DNA of 64,000 bases from a virus (IMGVR_UViG_3300031555_003309:1-64000), one strand, 5' to 3'; counted from the stretch's first letter, positions 49,578-60,252 are shown. The notes: a model not told the origin generated them from the letters alone. Numbers and translations are program-made.

Positions 49578-51149
49578 ATGGGAATTTTTAATAGAAATAA
49601 AAAGGAATCAGTGAGAGTTACTAATAATAAAAACGATGAAAATAGTCTATATTATGATCCAATATCTGCTGAATCGTTTTATAATGAAATAGGAGATATT
49701 TTAAATTGTAATGAAATAAATAACTTTAGATTATTAAAATCTGAAAGAAATGAAAAATTTGCTTCATTTGATATAATGAGTCAGGATTCAAGAGTTGCAT
49801 CAATATTGAACATGTATGCAGATGATTGTACTCAATATAATCAGTCTTCTCAAGTTATATGGGCTGAATCAAGTGATGAAAATTGTTCAGAATTTGTTAA
49901 TAGAATAATTAAAAATTTACAATTAAATAAACACGCTTGGAATCATATATATTCTTTATGTAAGTATGGAGATTTATATTTGGAATTATTTTATGATATT
50001 GTAGATGAAAATTCTCAAACAGATTTAAATATTTCTGCATCAACTTTATTAGAAAGAATAGAAATGGTTAAAAATCCGGCAAGCCTGTTTGATCTAATAA
50101 AAGATGGAAAAACAGCATATTATATTCAAATGAACACAGATGATCAAATTAATAATAGATTATCTAACATTGGGTATGTAGCTCAAAAAACAGATAAGAT
50201 ATTACCAGCTGATAAATTTATTCACATTTCTATAAATGATGCATATAATAGATTTCCTAACAAATATGTATTAACTAATAAGGAAACCGAAGTAGAAGAA
50301 GAATATGACGTTAAAGAAGGAAATTCTATTTTAGCAAATGTTTTTAAAACATGGAGCGAATTAAATTTATTAGAAGATTCAGTTTTATTAAATAGATTGT
50401 CTAAATCGGCAATTATTAGATTAATTCAGATAGAAGTTGGAAATACAGATGACAATGATGTACAAGAAATATTAAAAACATTAAGAGATAAAATTTCTAG
50501 AAATAGATATTTAGATAAATCTACAGGAGAATATAAAAATCAAGTAAATCCCGGTCCGTTAGAAAATATAATTTATCATGCTACTCATAAAGGCAATGGA
50601 GCAATAACTCATAGCACTATGGGCGGAGATGTGGATGTTAAAGCACTTGCAGACATTGATCACTTTTTAGAAAAATTTGCAATGGGCTTTCCCATTCCAG
50701 TTGCATATGTTAAACAAAAAAATGATGATGGTGGAGGATTATCAGCAGGTACATCTCTTACAAAATTTGATGCTAGATATGGTAGAACATTAAAAAGATA
50801 TCAAAATGCATATATAAATGGAATTACCGACTTAATAAATGTATTCGCATATAGAAGAGGAGTTACTGACTACATTAACAATTTTACAATTAAAATGGTA
50901 TCTCCATCTGCAGTTGAAGATAATGAAAGAGATGAAAAATTAAAATCACATATGGAAATTATTCGTGATTTAATGGATGTTATAAATGGTCAAGAAGAAT
51001 CTTATTCTTCAGATACCAAACGTAAATTATTAAATTATTTAGTTCAAAACATGTTACAAGATAATCATTTATTTGATATTTTACAAGAAGAACTAATTGA
51101 AGAAGTAAACATAGACGCAGATACAGATACAGACGTAGATATACAATAA
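49578..51149 (+). CDS. Portal protein, T4 gp20-like
   Basis: LNMYADD, LCKYGDLYLEL, GNSIL..LNLLEDSVLLNRL..IQIEVGN, DIDHF..IPVAY, RYGRTLKRYQ; 523 aa, upstream of the head genes. Confidence 0.85.
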   Translation: MGIFNRNKKESVRVTNNKNDENSLYYDPISAESFYNEIGDILNCNEINNFRLLKSERNEKFASFDIMSQDSRVASILNMYADDCTQYNQSSQVIWAESSDENCSEFVNRIIKNLQLNKHAWNHIYSLCKYGDLYLELFYDIVDENSQTDLNISASTLLERIEMVKNPASLFDLIKDGKTAYYIQMNTDDQINNRLSNIGYVAQKTDKILPADKFIHISINDAYNRFPNKYVLTNKETEVEEEYDVKEGNSILANVFKTWSELNLLEDSVLLNRLSKSAIIRLIQIEVGNTDDNDVQEILKTLRDKISRNRYLDKSTGEYKNQVNPGPLENIIYHATHKGNGAITHSTMGGDVDVKALADIDHFLEKFAMGFPIPVAYVKQKNDDGGGLSAGTSLTKFDARYGRTLKRYQNAYINGITDLINVFAYRRGVTDYINNFTIKMVSPSAVEDNERDEKLKSHMEIIRDLMDVINGQEESYSSDTKRKLLNYLVQNMLQDNHLFDILQEELIEEVNIDADTDTDVDIQ

Positions 51150-51163
51150 ACGAGGTTAATACA

Positions 51164-51619
51164 ATGACTTTTACAAAAAAAGAAATGTTATTCATGTTAA
51201 ATAAAATTAAAGACATAAAAGACACAAATATAGATACATATGTAGACGATATACTTGATAACGATATTCCTATGAAAGCTTTAAAATTTATAAACTTACA
51301 TATTCCTCTAAAAGATTTAGGAGTGTTTAATCTTATTTATTCTAAAAGACATAAAACTCCATTGTTTAATAATTTTACTAAAAGACAAATAGATGATTAT
51401 GAACAAGTGGTTTGTTTAGGTAGTTTATTAACTCAAATGCTTTGTTATATAAAAACTACCAAAGATGATGTAGTTAAACATTCGCAAATAATAGGAATAA
51501 ATTCAATAATGAATGCTATTAATGACTTTGTAAATACAGGGTCATTTAATAAAATAAATATCGTATACACTGAGTTTTCAGATATTTTTAAATATTTATA
51601 TATTAAGGATGGTGAATAA
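51164..51619 (+). CDS. Hypothetical protein after the portal
   Basis: RBS gaggt; helical. Confidence 0.55.
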   Translation: MTFTKKEMLFMLNKIKDIKDTNIDTYVDDILDNDIPMKALKFINLHIPLKDLGVFNLIYSKRHKTPLFNNFTKRQIDDYEQVVCLGSLLTQMLCYIKTTKDDVVKHSQIIGINSIMNAINDFVNTGSFNKINIVYTEFSDIFKYLYIKDGE

Positions 51620-51622
51620 TAA

Positions 51623-52216
51623 ATGTCTATAACAATTAGTAAACAAACTGTAGGTAATAAATTAAATGAAACAAGTGATTTAATTAAAACTGATAACTAT
51701 ATTATAACACCAATGTATGGTAAAATCAATGTTGTTTCAGGAATTAATCATAACAAATATTCCTATTTTGATACAATAGAAGATTATGATTTATTTATTA
51801 GTAATACAGCTAATGATACAGTAGCTGTTAAAATAGAATCTATATTAGAAAATTCTTCTGAGGATAATATAGACAATATTATTAATGAGATTAAAACTCA
51901 ATACAAAACAGATAAGATAGAATGGGATTCTACTGAAAATTCTATTATTATTAAAGCTGATAAAAATTCATTATTGGAAATAAGTAAAAAATATAATGAT
52001 GAATTTGAACCAAATTTAATCACAGATAATGTTTTATTTTTAGAATATAAAAATACAAACATAAAATTAGAAGATAATACAGATAACATTCTGGATAAAT
52101 TAGATGATTCATCTATGAAAGAGATATTAAATAAATCAGGAGTTAAAACTAATGGGTCTGAATCAAGAGATGAATTAAAAGGTATTATTAAAGGAACTAT
52201 GAATTCAAATAAATAA
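51623..52216 (+). CDS. Acidic hypothetical protein
   Basis: RBS ggtga; KLNET, KIES and ILEN motifs. Confidence 0.5.
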   Translation: MSITISKQTVGNKLNETSDLIKTDNYIITPMYGKINVVSGINHNKYSYFDTIEDYDLFISNTANDTVAVKIESILENSSEDNIDNIINEIKTQYKTDKIEWDSTENSIIIKADKNSLLEISKKYNDEFEPNLITDNVLFLEYKNTNIKLEDNTDNILDKLDDSSMKEILNKSGVKTNGSESRDELKGIIKGTMNSNK

Positions 52217-52231
52217 GGTAGGTGAAAACAA

Positions 52232-54301
52232 TTGTTAGTATTAAAAGAATCTAATTCTCCATATTGGCTTATTGGGGCTAGTAAAGGTAAAACATTAGCC
52301 GGTTCCAGTACGAATATTCCATGTTATTTCAAATCAATAAAAAAACAAAAAGAATTAGCTACTCAAATATTTAAAAATAATAATACTATTGATGAAGTAT
52401 ATGCATTAACTGGGATTCAGTGGGACAATATGCCAACAGGTGCTAAAGAAGAATATGGATATATTAAAAATAAAGGTAAATTGATTTTATCTAAAGATGA
52501 AATTACTGAAGGAGATTATCCTAAAGGTATATCAAGAGACCCACTCCCTAAAAAAGGAGTAAAAACATACACAAGTGCAGCTACGGCTTTAGAAGGTAAA
52601 GAAGGTGAAAAAATGAAATTAGAGTTAAATAAGGAAAAATTTATAAAAGAAGATATTGACGATATTCCGGAAATTCTTCAAGATAGATTTTTTAATGTCA
52701 TGGCTGATGGCAGACCTGAAGAATTTAAAAAATTTACAAAAACAGAACTTAAACAATTTGCTGAATTTGTTAAAGAATTGCCAAGTAATGAAGTGACTGA
52801 ATTAGAAAGAAGTTTATTGTTATATGCTATAAGTATGGCTCATGGAGATGATTTAACGGTAGAATCTATAACCGAATCTACTCAAGACTTAATTGATAAA
52901 TATGAAATAGATGTAGATTCTTTAAAATCAGATGGATATGATTTAATAGTGTTTAGATGTCCTGAATGTGCAGAAGATTTAAAAGAATATAACCCATATG
53001 TGTATGATGATGGAACAGAAATACCATTAGAAAAAATTAAAGTGATTGAAGTAGAAGAACATAATACCGATTGTGAAAATGCTGAAGATAATATGTATGA
53101 AGATCCACAAAAAATGGCACCTATTCAATTATATAAATATTCTAAAATTGATATTGTAAAAGAATCTAAAATAGTTACCCCTGTGGGTAATCCGCAAATG
53201 GCTTCTAGTTTTGTAAATATTGATGTAGATTTAGATCATATGGAAGTTTCTGATTTTATTGTAAGATTAGCACAAGCTATTCGTTCAGAACAAACATCTG
53301 TTCTTGAATATGTAGCACTACGCTCAGCAAACGGTATTACTAATGAAGAAAGAGCCAATATTGATGCTATTATTGAAGAAGAAAAGAATCATATGGTTGC
53401 ATTTACTACAATGTTATATAAACAACTTTTAACAAATCATAAACAAAACGTAGATGGAGCTAATGCAGAATTTACTCTTCCTACTTTCGGTAATGAAATT
53501 TTTGACAATTCTGAAGAAGGTAAACTTACAGAATCTATTGCATCAACAGTTGAAAAATTAGCAATTAAAGAAACAAGTATAAGAATGTCAGATGAATATT
53601 TTATAGGTAATAATGAAGATGGAAGAATGTATCATGGCCTCGGTTCAGCAATGAATGCTATTAAGAATGTTATTACAACCTCTGGAGAGCAAGTAATGAT
53701 TCAAAATGTCACTATTGCGGATTCTAAAAATGAAAGCATTAAATTAGAAGATACATTTAATTCCATTGATGAATTAGTTAATGAATTAAAAACAGATACA
53801 AATTATGATGAAATTGCATTACACATTCATGCTTATGCAAAAACTAATAAAGCTCGTGCATCTGAATTAATGGATAAATTATTTGAACTTGAAAGAAGTA
53901 AATCTCCAAAAGAATGTAGAGATGCTTTAATTGCTGATTTAGAAAATGAAAATAAACAATATAAAACTGAAGATACTAATATAACAGGTGTTAGTAGCAC
54001 AATGAGTCAAGATCAATATGAAATTGAAGTTGATGTTAATTATGATATAGATTGCACTATAAAATTAGGGTCATTGTTAGAAAAAACAATTAAAGCTATG
54101 AATCCAGAAACTGCAAAAAATCAATATTATGCTATTGCTGAAGATAATTTTACTCTTGGTGAAAAATTTAAATTCACACTATTGATTTTTAATAATTTTT
54201 ATAAAGATGGTAAAGAAGTAACAAAAGAATTTGTAGCAGGAGTTATTGATACACTATTTGACAGAACATCAACATATGAATGTTTCATTGAACGAGTATA
54301 A
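52232..54301 (+). CDS. Large acidic multi-module protein with internal ferritin-like segment
   Basis: MLVLKES leader; LAQAIRSEQTSVLEY...IIEEEKNH; many TES/KES/TEG motifs. Confidence 0.6.
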   Translation: MLVLKESNSPYWLIGASKGKTLAGSSTNIPCYFKSIKKQKELATQIFKNNNTIDEVYALTGIQWDNMPTGAKEEYGYIKNKGKLILSKDEITEGDYPKGISRDPLPKKGVKTYTSAATALEGKEGEKMKLELNKEKFIKEDIDDIPEILQDRFFNVMADGRPEEFKKFTKTELKQFAEFVKELPSNEVTELERSLLLYAISMAHGDDLTVESITESTQDLIDKYEIDVDSLKSDGYDLIVFRCPECAEDLKEYNPYVYDDGTEIPLEKIKVIEVEEHNTDCENAEDNMYEDPQKMAPIQLYKYSKIDIVKESKIVTPVGNPQMASSFVNIDVDLDHMEVSDFIVRLAQAIRSEQTSVLEYVALRSANGITNEERANIDAIIEEEKNHMVAFTTMLYKQLLTNHKQNVDGANAEFTLPTFGNEIFDNSEEGKLTESIASTVEKLAIKETSIRMSDEYFIGNNEDGRMYHGLGSAMNAIKNVITTSGEQVMIQNVTIADSKNESIKLEDTFNSIDELVNELKTDTNYDEIALHIHAYAKTNKARASELMDKLFELERSKSPKECRDALIADLENENKQYKTEDTNITGVSSTMSQDQYEIEVDVNYDIDCTIKLGSLLEKTIKAMNPETAKNQYYAIAEDNFTLGEKFKFTLLIFNNFYKDGKEVTKEFVAGVIDTLFDRTSTYECFIERV

Positions 54302-54316
54302 AGGAGGTAATATATT

Positions 54317-55216
54317 ATGATACAATATCATGATACATTAAATCCTAAGATTTGGGAAAATAATTCTTTAAAGTCAGATGTAAAAGTTAAGTTATTAGAA
54401 ATATATAAAACTTTTGTTTCTAAATTACATGAAGATAATATTCCTTTAGAAGTTATAGATGTATTATTATTGGGGTCTAATGCAGATTTTAATTACACTG
54501 ATTATTCAGATATTGATTTGCATATTATAACTGATTTTGATAATATAAGTATAAATAACACATTAACACAAATTTTTTATAACAATGAAAAAACAAAATT
54601 TAATACAGATTATGATATTACTATTAAAGGAATACCTGTAGAACTATATATTGAAGATATAAATGCTTGTAACATGACAAATGGAATTTATAGTTTATTA
54701 CAAGATAAATGGATAAAATTTCCTGAACATAATCCTCCGCAAGATGTTGATTATTCAAAACTTTTAAATCATTATAAAACTAAAATATCTAATGCTTTAA
54801 ATTCTAATTCATCTGAACAAATTAAAGAAATGATAAATGAAATCAAAATGTTAAGAAAAGTATCTCTTATGGATGAAGGAATTTATTCAAAAGGTAATTT
54901 AGTTTTTAAAGAATTAAGAAATGATGGGTCTATAGATAATCTTTATACAAAATTGCACGAATTAATATCTGATGAATTATCTTTAGAAAATTTAAATAAT
55001 CTTAAAGAAAAAATAAATAAGGTTCCATTGTTTACATTTGAATGGCAAACCGGATCTATAAATGATAATATCATTAAATACTTAAAAAATAAAAATATTC
55101 CTTGGAAATATAATGGACATTTTCAATTAGAAGGTAAAATTAAAAATAAATGGGTGACATTTGTTTATAATACAGATTCAAAAAATATTACTCATGTATA
55201 TATTAATGAAAGTTAA
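54317..55216 (+). CDS. Pol-beta superfamily nucleotidyltransferase
   Basis: LLLGSNADFNYTDYSDIDLHI (GS...DxD), IPVELYI, GIYS..W, GNLVFKELR. Confidence 0.8.
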   Translation: MIQYHDTLNPKIWENNSLKSDVKVKLLEIYKTFVSKLHEDNIPLEVIDVLLLGSNADFNYTDYSDIDLHIITDFDNISINNTLTQIFYNNEKTKFNTDYDITIKGIPVELYIEDINACNMTNGIYSLLQDKWIKFPEHNPPQDVDYSKLLNHYKTKISNALNSNSSEQIKEMINEIKMLRKVSLMDEGIYSKGNLVFKELRNDGSIDNLYTKLHELISDELSLENLNNLKEKINKVPLFTFEWQTGSINDNIIKYLKNKNIPWKYNGHFQLEGKIKNKWVTFVYNTDSKNITHVYINES

Positions 55217-55269
55217 CATTGATAAATATTAAATTAAATAAATAAAAATTATAGGATAGGTGATTTAAA

Positions 55270-56109
55270 ATGATGAATTTATTTGAAAATTTACAAATGA
55301 TAAAAGAATCAAATAATGTAAAAACAGAAGGTATATTTGGCAATAAAAAGAAAAAAGAAGAACAATATGAAAAAGAAATTAAAAAAGTATTTGATGAGAA
55401 TTCAACCGCTATAGCTAATAAAATAGCTAGTCGTATTTATTATATTATCTACGGTGCATATGAAAGCGATGAGTATGGAAATGCTAAACAACAAGCATTA
55501 AAAGTATTAAAAGTTGCCGGCAATGAAATAAAAAGATATCCTCAAAAGTTAATAAGAGATACAATTAGTTTAGGTGATGATTGTAATATTCCTGAATCTG
55601 ATGAATTAAAAGAATATTACGATAAGATAAAACAAATAAGAAATGTTGAAAAAATAGGACTTGAAATTGAAAAGTATTTATATACTAAAATTGCACCACA
55701 ACTCATGAATAAAATTGAAGTTCTTAAGAAAACTAAAATAGAATCTGCAATTCTTAAAGATGAAAAAGATATTGAACAAGTTGTTGAAAGCACCACATTG
55801 AGACCTTTTGATAGTAGAGATCATGCAGGTTGGGGTGGAGTTCATGATTTTGCGGATGGTAGTTCACCTATGATAGTAGATGGAGAATTTGCTACAATTT
55901 TAGTAGGCCAATCTGATGAAGAAGTTGGTACAGAAAGTGCAACGGTTTCTATATATTACGGCGATCCTGAAGCAGATGCACCACAATGGGCTTTCAAAGG
56001 ATATAATGACAAAGAATCAGCTATTAAAGATGCAAAATTCTTTGCAAAATTAGCTGATGAAGAAATTGATGAATCTCAACTTGAAAGATTTGGGTTTACA
56101 ATAGTTTAA
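55270..56109 (+). CDS. Protein with MNLFENL leader (candidate internal head protein)
   Basis: MMNLFENLQMIKES...KTEGIF; second module after VVES. Confidence 0.55.
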   Translation: MMNLFENLQMIKESNNVKTEGIFGNKKKKEEQYEKEIKKVFDENSTAIANKIASRIYYIIYGAYESDEYGNAKQQALKVLKVAGNEIKRYPQKLIRDTISLGDDCNIPESDELKEYYDKIKQIRNVEKIGLEIEKYLYTKIAPQLMNKIEVLKKTKIESAILKDEKDIEQVVESTTLRPFDSRDHAGWGGVHDFADGSSPMIVDGEFATILVGQSDEEVGTESATVSIYYGDPEADAPQWAFKGYNDKESAIKDAKFFAKLADEEIDESQLERFGFTIV

Positions 56110-56128
56110 TTGAATTCATTAAATAATT

Positions 56129-56165
56129 ATAAAAGCTTCTAATTTTTTAGAAGCTTTTATTTTTT
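56129..56165 (+). terminator. Intrinsic terminator
   Basis: ataaaagcttctaa-tttt-ttagaagcttttat plus T-run. Confidence 0.75.
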
Positions 56166-56167
56166 AT

Positions 56168-56182
56168 TAAAATAAAATTATA
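56168..56182 (+). promoter_or_regulatory. TAAAATAnAAnTATA motif upstream of the protease-capsid operon
   Basis: taaaataaaattata. Confidence 0.6.
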
Positions 56183-56210
56183 ATTATACGATAAAGTAGG
56201 TGATTTAAAA

Positions 56211-58130
56211 GTGAAAATGACAGATGTAAATATTTATGATTCATTTTTTGAATCTAATCTAAATTACATATCTGAAGAACAAGAAGATGTAGATAAATCT
56301 ATTAAAGGCAATCCTATTTCTGATGAAATTAAAGAAAATAGTAAACACAAAGGTGTTATTGGAAAAATTGGAGGTATCGGTGCTGATTCTAATGAACCTA
56401 CAAGAAATGGTAGAAGATATCCTTTACAATTGTGGCAAAATGTAGAAAAATCAGAATATTTTATTGAAGGTATGAAAAACAGAACTCTTATAGGTGAAGC
56501 TGATCATCCAACCGAACGATTAGATTATTCTGTAACTGAAGGTGCTGTTGTTCTAACTAAGTATGAAATTCAAAATAATGGACAGGTTTATACCGAATTT
56601 GATATTTTAGATACAATTCCTGGTAGAACTGTAAAAACTTATTTTGATGCAGGTTGTAAATTAGGGGTTTCATCAAGAGGTTTAGGTGAAGAAGTAATGT
56701 TAAACGGTGAAAAAATAATAGATCCTGAAACTTATCAATTTTATTGTTTTGATGTTGTAGCATTTCCAGCTGTTAAATCTGCAAGAATGGATTTAATTGA
56801 ATCTACTTCGCCTAAAAAACAGGTGCTTATAAATTCTATCAATGGTGAAATTAAAAAATGTAAATCTATTGATGAAGTATTATTTATTGAATCTATGTCT
56901 AAAGGTGTTAATTTATATTTAGATGAAATTAGAGAATCAATAGAAATTAAAAAGAAAGAATTATCTGAAAATAACGAAGATGATAATGTTAAAACATTAG
57001 CAACATCTATAGTTGATAAAATAAAAAATAGAGAAAATAAAACTGCTCAAGATATTCAACTTTGTGACTTTTTATCAGCTTGGTTAGATAAAAAAAATGA
57101 AAATATTGCAAATTTATTTAATAAACTTAAAGAAGAAAATGATAAATTAGATAAAAATAATAAAATAAAAATATCAGGACCTAATGATAATTCTGATGAA
57201 GATACGCCGGAAGTAGTTGATAGACAACCTGATAATAATTTAGAAATATTAGCTGAACTTCAAGAATCAGATAAAATTAATGTTTCTAAAATAAATAAAT
57301 TGAAAACTCAATTAGAACAAAAAAATGCTATTATAAGAAATTTATTAGCAAAATATCATGTAAAAACCGAAACTTTACATTCAATAAAAGAATCACATGA
57401 GTGGTTAAAGAATGAAAAAGATAAGGATGATAAAATTAATTCAGAAAATGAATCATTAAAAGAACAATTATCTCAAGTTACTTCTAAATATGAAAAATTA
57501 CAAGAAGTAAATAAAAATTTCTTATCTATGTTTGAAGAATTAAACAGCAACACATTATCTATCAAGCAAGAAAATGATTCATTAAAAAAACGTGTAAACA
57601 CTTTAAAACGCAACAACATTGCTATTACAGAAAATTACAAATCTTTAGTTAATGAAAATAAACAATTAAAAGAAAATATTAAGACTTATAAAGATGCAAA
57701 TAATCAAGTTAAAGTATTAAATGAAAATGTTATTCAATTAAAACAGCAAAATGAAAATTTAAAAAGTGATAATGAAAAAAGAGTTATTGCTCAAGAAAAA
57801 TTGATTAGCCAACTTAATAATAAAAATAAAAACTTGAATAAAAAATATATCGAATCATTAGATAAGTATATATCATCAGTATGCATGAAATATAATCTTA
57901 ATAGAAGTACTTTAATAAGATTATTAGGTGAATCTTATACAACAGATGATATAGATAAAATTGCTAAAGAATTAGTTGAAAATAATTCTAAAATTAATTC
58001 TTTACCATTTTCTCATTTGACGCCTAATAGACAAATTGTAAATGAAAACATTGCATTAACAAATAATTCTAATAATAATATAAGTAGTGAGTTAGAAACA
58101 TTTAATATGTTATTAACCCATAAAAATTAA
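56211..58130 (+). CDS. Prohead protease (T4 gp21-like) fused to a coiled-coil scaffold
   Basis: TRNGRRYP, GEADHP, ILDTIPGR, LGVSSRGLG, FDVVAFPA in the N-terminal ~200 aa; then a long coiled coil; directly upstream of the MCP. Confidence 0.85.
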   Translation: MKMTDVNIYDSFFESNLNYISEEQEDVDKSIKGNPISDEIKENSKHKGVIGKIGGIGADSNEPTRNGRRYPLQLWQNVEKSEYFIEGMKNRTLIGEADHPTERLDYSVTEGAVVLTKYEIQNNGQVYTEFDILDTIPGRTVKTYFDAGCKLGVSSRGLGEEVMLNGEKIIDPETYQFYCFDVVAFPAVKSARMDLIESTSPKKQVLINSINGEIKKCKSIDEVLFIESMSKGVNLYLDEIRESIEIKKKELSENNEDDNVKTLATSIVDKIKNRENKTAQDIQLCDFLSAWLDKKNENIANLFNKLKEENDKLDKNNKIKISGPNDNSDEDTPEVVDRQPDNNLEILAELQESDKINVSKINKLKTQLEQKNAIIRNLLAKYHVKTETLHSIKESHEWLKNEKDKDDKINSENESLKEQLSQVTSKYEKLQEVNKNFLSMFEELNSNTLSIKQENDSLKKRVNTLKRNNIAITENYKSLVNENKQLKENIKTYKDANNQVKVLNENVIQLKQQNENLKSDNEKRVIAQEKLISQLNNKNKNLNKKYIESLDKYISSVCMKYNLNRSTLIRLLGESYTTDDIDKIAKELVENNSKINSLPFSHLTPNRQIVNENIALTNNSNNNISSELETFNMLLTHKN

Positions 58131-58150
58131 ATATGAAAGGACTGTTATAT

Positions 58151-59608
58151 ATGAGTTATACAGAAAACAAAAAGGTAGCACAGTTATTAAATAAATATGC
58201 TACAAGAATTAAAATTTCAGAATTAACAGAAGCTGTTAATCGTGGTTTGATGGGGCAAGATGAAGTTGAAAAAGCTATTAAAGCTAATAAGCTTGAATCA
58301 TTACGTTCACCTATTAGTTTTTCACATGAACGTAAACTTATGTTGGCTCAGTGTTTAGAAAATACAAATGACAGATTAAAGTATATGGAAGCAACTAATC
58401 CTATGGCACTCGGTGCTTATAAGAGATATGCTCTTGATATTACTAATGCTGTTACAGCTAACTTGATTGCTCCTGAATTAGTTGGTACACATACTCTTGA
58501 AGGTAGAAACGGCATTGTTCGTTACTTCAACTTCAACTATGGTAGAACTAAAGGTCAGACAGAAGCTGGTCAGACATTTAATAGTTCACTTAATATGCCT
58601 AATAATGATCCACATTATGCTTCAAGTTTGGTTGATGGTGAAAAGATTACACTTGATGCTAATAAGCAGTATAGATTTAAATGGGTTCCTATTAAATTAT
58701 CAACTTTTAGCATTTTAGTTGATGGTAAATTGGCTTATATTGCTGATAACTTCGGCCAATTGACAGCTCCTGGTTCAACAGATGTAGTTGGTACTATTAC
58801 ACCTGCAGGTGTACTTACAATGACTGCTGAATTTGAAGGAGATGCAGTTGCTCAGTATAAGTATGATAATGAAGTTGTTCGTGATGATGGTACAAATTAT
58901 TATCCTGAATCAGCTGGATTTACAAATATTCCTACAGCTGACGTAGAAATTGGTGCTATTCCAGTATTTGCTGAAGTATATCCAATGAATGCTACATGGT
59001 CTACAATGGCTGAGTATGATTTGATGAAAGAAACAAAAATGTCAATGAGAGACATTCTTCAAACTCAAATCATTGGCGAATTACAGAGAGAAGTTGATAA
59101 TAAGATTATCACTCAGTTGCATGCTGGTGCAGATGCATCAAGACCTATTTCTTGGTCAGAAACTCCAGGTGTAGGTGTATCTCCTGATGCTCATTACAAT
59201 GGATTAAGAATTGAATTGAATAAAGCTTCTAAGAAGATTCGTCAAGCAAGCAATAAGTATTCAGCTAATTATGTAGTTGCTGGTACACAGGCTTCAGCTG
59301 ACATTGAATGCATTACAGGCTTTAAACAGGCTAATACAAATCAGGTTCCTGGTTCAAGATTAGTTGGTGAAGTTTCAGGTCTTAAGTTATATGAAACAAC
59401 CGCACTTGATGAATATGATTTATTCCTCGGATTTAAGTCTAATAATGCTATTGAAGCTGGTGCATTCTATTGTCCGTATATGCCAATCACAAGTTTGGGT
59501 ATGATTCAAACAGGCGATATGAGAAATCGTGAAGGATTTGCAACTGCTTATGCATTTACTTTAATCAATAGTAAATTATATCAGAAGGGTACAATTATCC
59601 CTGAATAA
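58151..59608 (+). CDS. Major capsid protein, T4 gp23-like
   Basis: NLIAPELVG, ATWSTMAEYDL, ELQREVDNKII, ANYVV, EAGAFYCPYMP, FATAYA; strong codon bias; ATG 58151 after gaaagga. Confidence 0.9.
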   Translation: MSYTENKKVAQLLNKYATRIKISELTEAVNRGLMGQDEVEKAIKANKLESLRSPISFSHERKLMLAQCLENTNDRLKYMEATNPMALGAYKRYALDITNAVTANLIAPELVGTHTLEGRNGIVRYFNFNYGRTKGQTEAGQTFNSSLNMPNNDPHYASSLVDGEKITLDANKQYRFKWVPIKLSTFSILVDGKLAYIADNFGQLTAPGSTDVVGTITPAGVLTMTAEFEGDAVAQYKYDNEVVRDDGTNYYPESAGFTNIPTADVEIGAIPVFAEVYPMNATWSTMAEYDLMKETKMSMRDILQTQIIGELQREVDNKIITQLHAGADASRPISWSETPGVGVSPDAHYNGLRIELNKASKKIRQASNKYSANYVVAGTQASADIECITGFKQANTNQVPGSRLVGEVSGLKLYETTALDEYDLFLGFKSNNAIEAGAFYCPYMPITSLGMIQTGDMRNREGFATAYAFTLINSKLYQKGTIIPE

Positions 59609-59620
59609 TAAATGATTATA

Positions 59621-59652
59621 TTGAAACAGGATATTAATTTATCCTGTTTCAA
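59621..59652. terminator. Hairpin after the MCP gene (stabiliser or partial terminator)
   Basis: ttgaaacaggata / tatcctgtttcaa with no T-run. Confidence 0.5.
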
Positions 59653-59678
59653 ATTAAATAATGAAAGGATTGATAATA

Positions 59679-60146
59679 ATGGCAGTAAAAAATTATGTTT
59701 ATAATGATGCTACTGAAATTAAAATTACAAATATTATTAATAAAGATGCTTACAAAGCATGTGACGCTGGTTCTCCAGTAAAGAAAGTAGAAATGCTTTA
59801 TGCCGATATTAAAGATAAGCCTTGTGTTAAATTTGATTATCTTTTTAATGAAGATGGTTCATTTAAGACTAAGACTGCAGGTGGTAAGGATTATGTAGTT
59901 GCTGTATACACAAAATCTAAAGTTACAGACAGAGATGTTCCTGCTTATAGAACAATGAATAAAAAGATTACACTTTGTGCAGCTGATGCAGCTGATGAAA
60001 ATGGTGCTTGGATTGGTGATTCAATGACATTTACAACTGATTTTAAGGATGAAGTTGTATTCTATGAAAAATTAGCTGAAGCTTTCAAGGGTGAACTTAA
60101 AGTTGAAATTGGTGGAAAAGTTGTTGGTGAAACTTACGGCGAATAA
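59679..60146 (+). CDS. Probable abundant virion (capsid decoration) protein
   Basis: Directly after the MCP with similar codon bias; ATG 59679 after gaaagga. Confidence 0.5.
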   Translation: MAVKNYVYNDATEIKITNIINKDAYKACDAGSPVKKVEMLYADIKDKPCVKFDYLFNEDGSFKTKTAGGKDYVVAVYTKSKVTDRDVPAYRTMNKKITLCAADAADENGAWIGDSMTFTTDFKDEVVFYEKLAEAFKGELKVEIGGKVVGETYGE

Positions 60147-60178
60147 TAAAATTAAATATATTTTAATTTAGACTCTTT

Positions 60179-60239
60179 AAGAGAGTGAGAATATAATGTT
60201 AATTGTATTTAGCATTCTCACTCTCTTTTATTTTTTATG
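60179..60239 (+). terminator. Intrinsic terminator
   Basis: aagagagtgagaat / attctcactctctt plus T-runs. Confidence 0.7.
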
Positions 60240-60252
60240 GAGATTTAATCAT

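Noticed and set aside
5380-58718. Short + strand alternate-frame ORFs (5380, 20186, 28023, 58482)
   Set aside because: They are nested out of frame inside well-supported genes, with no RBS or motif.
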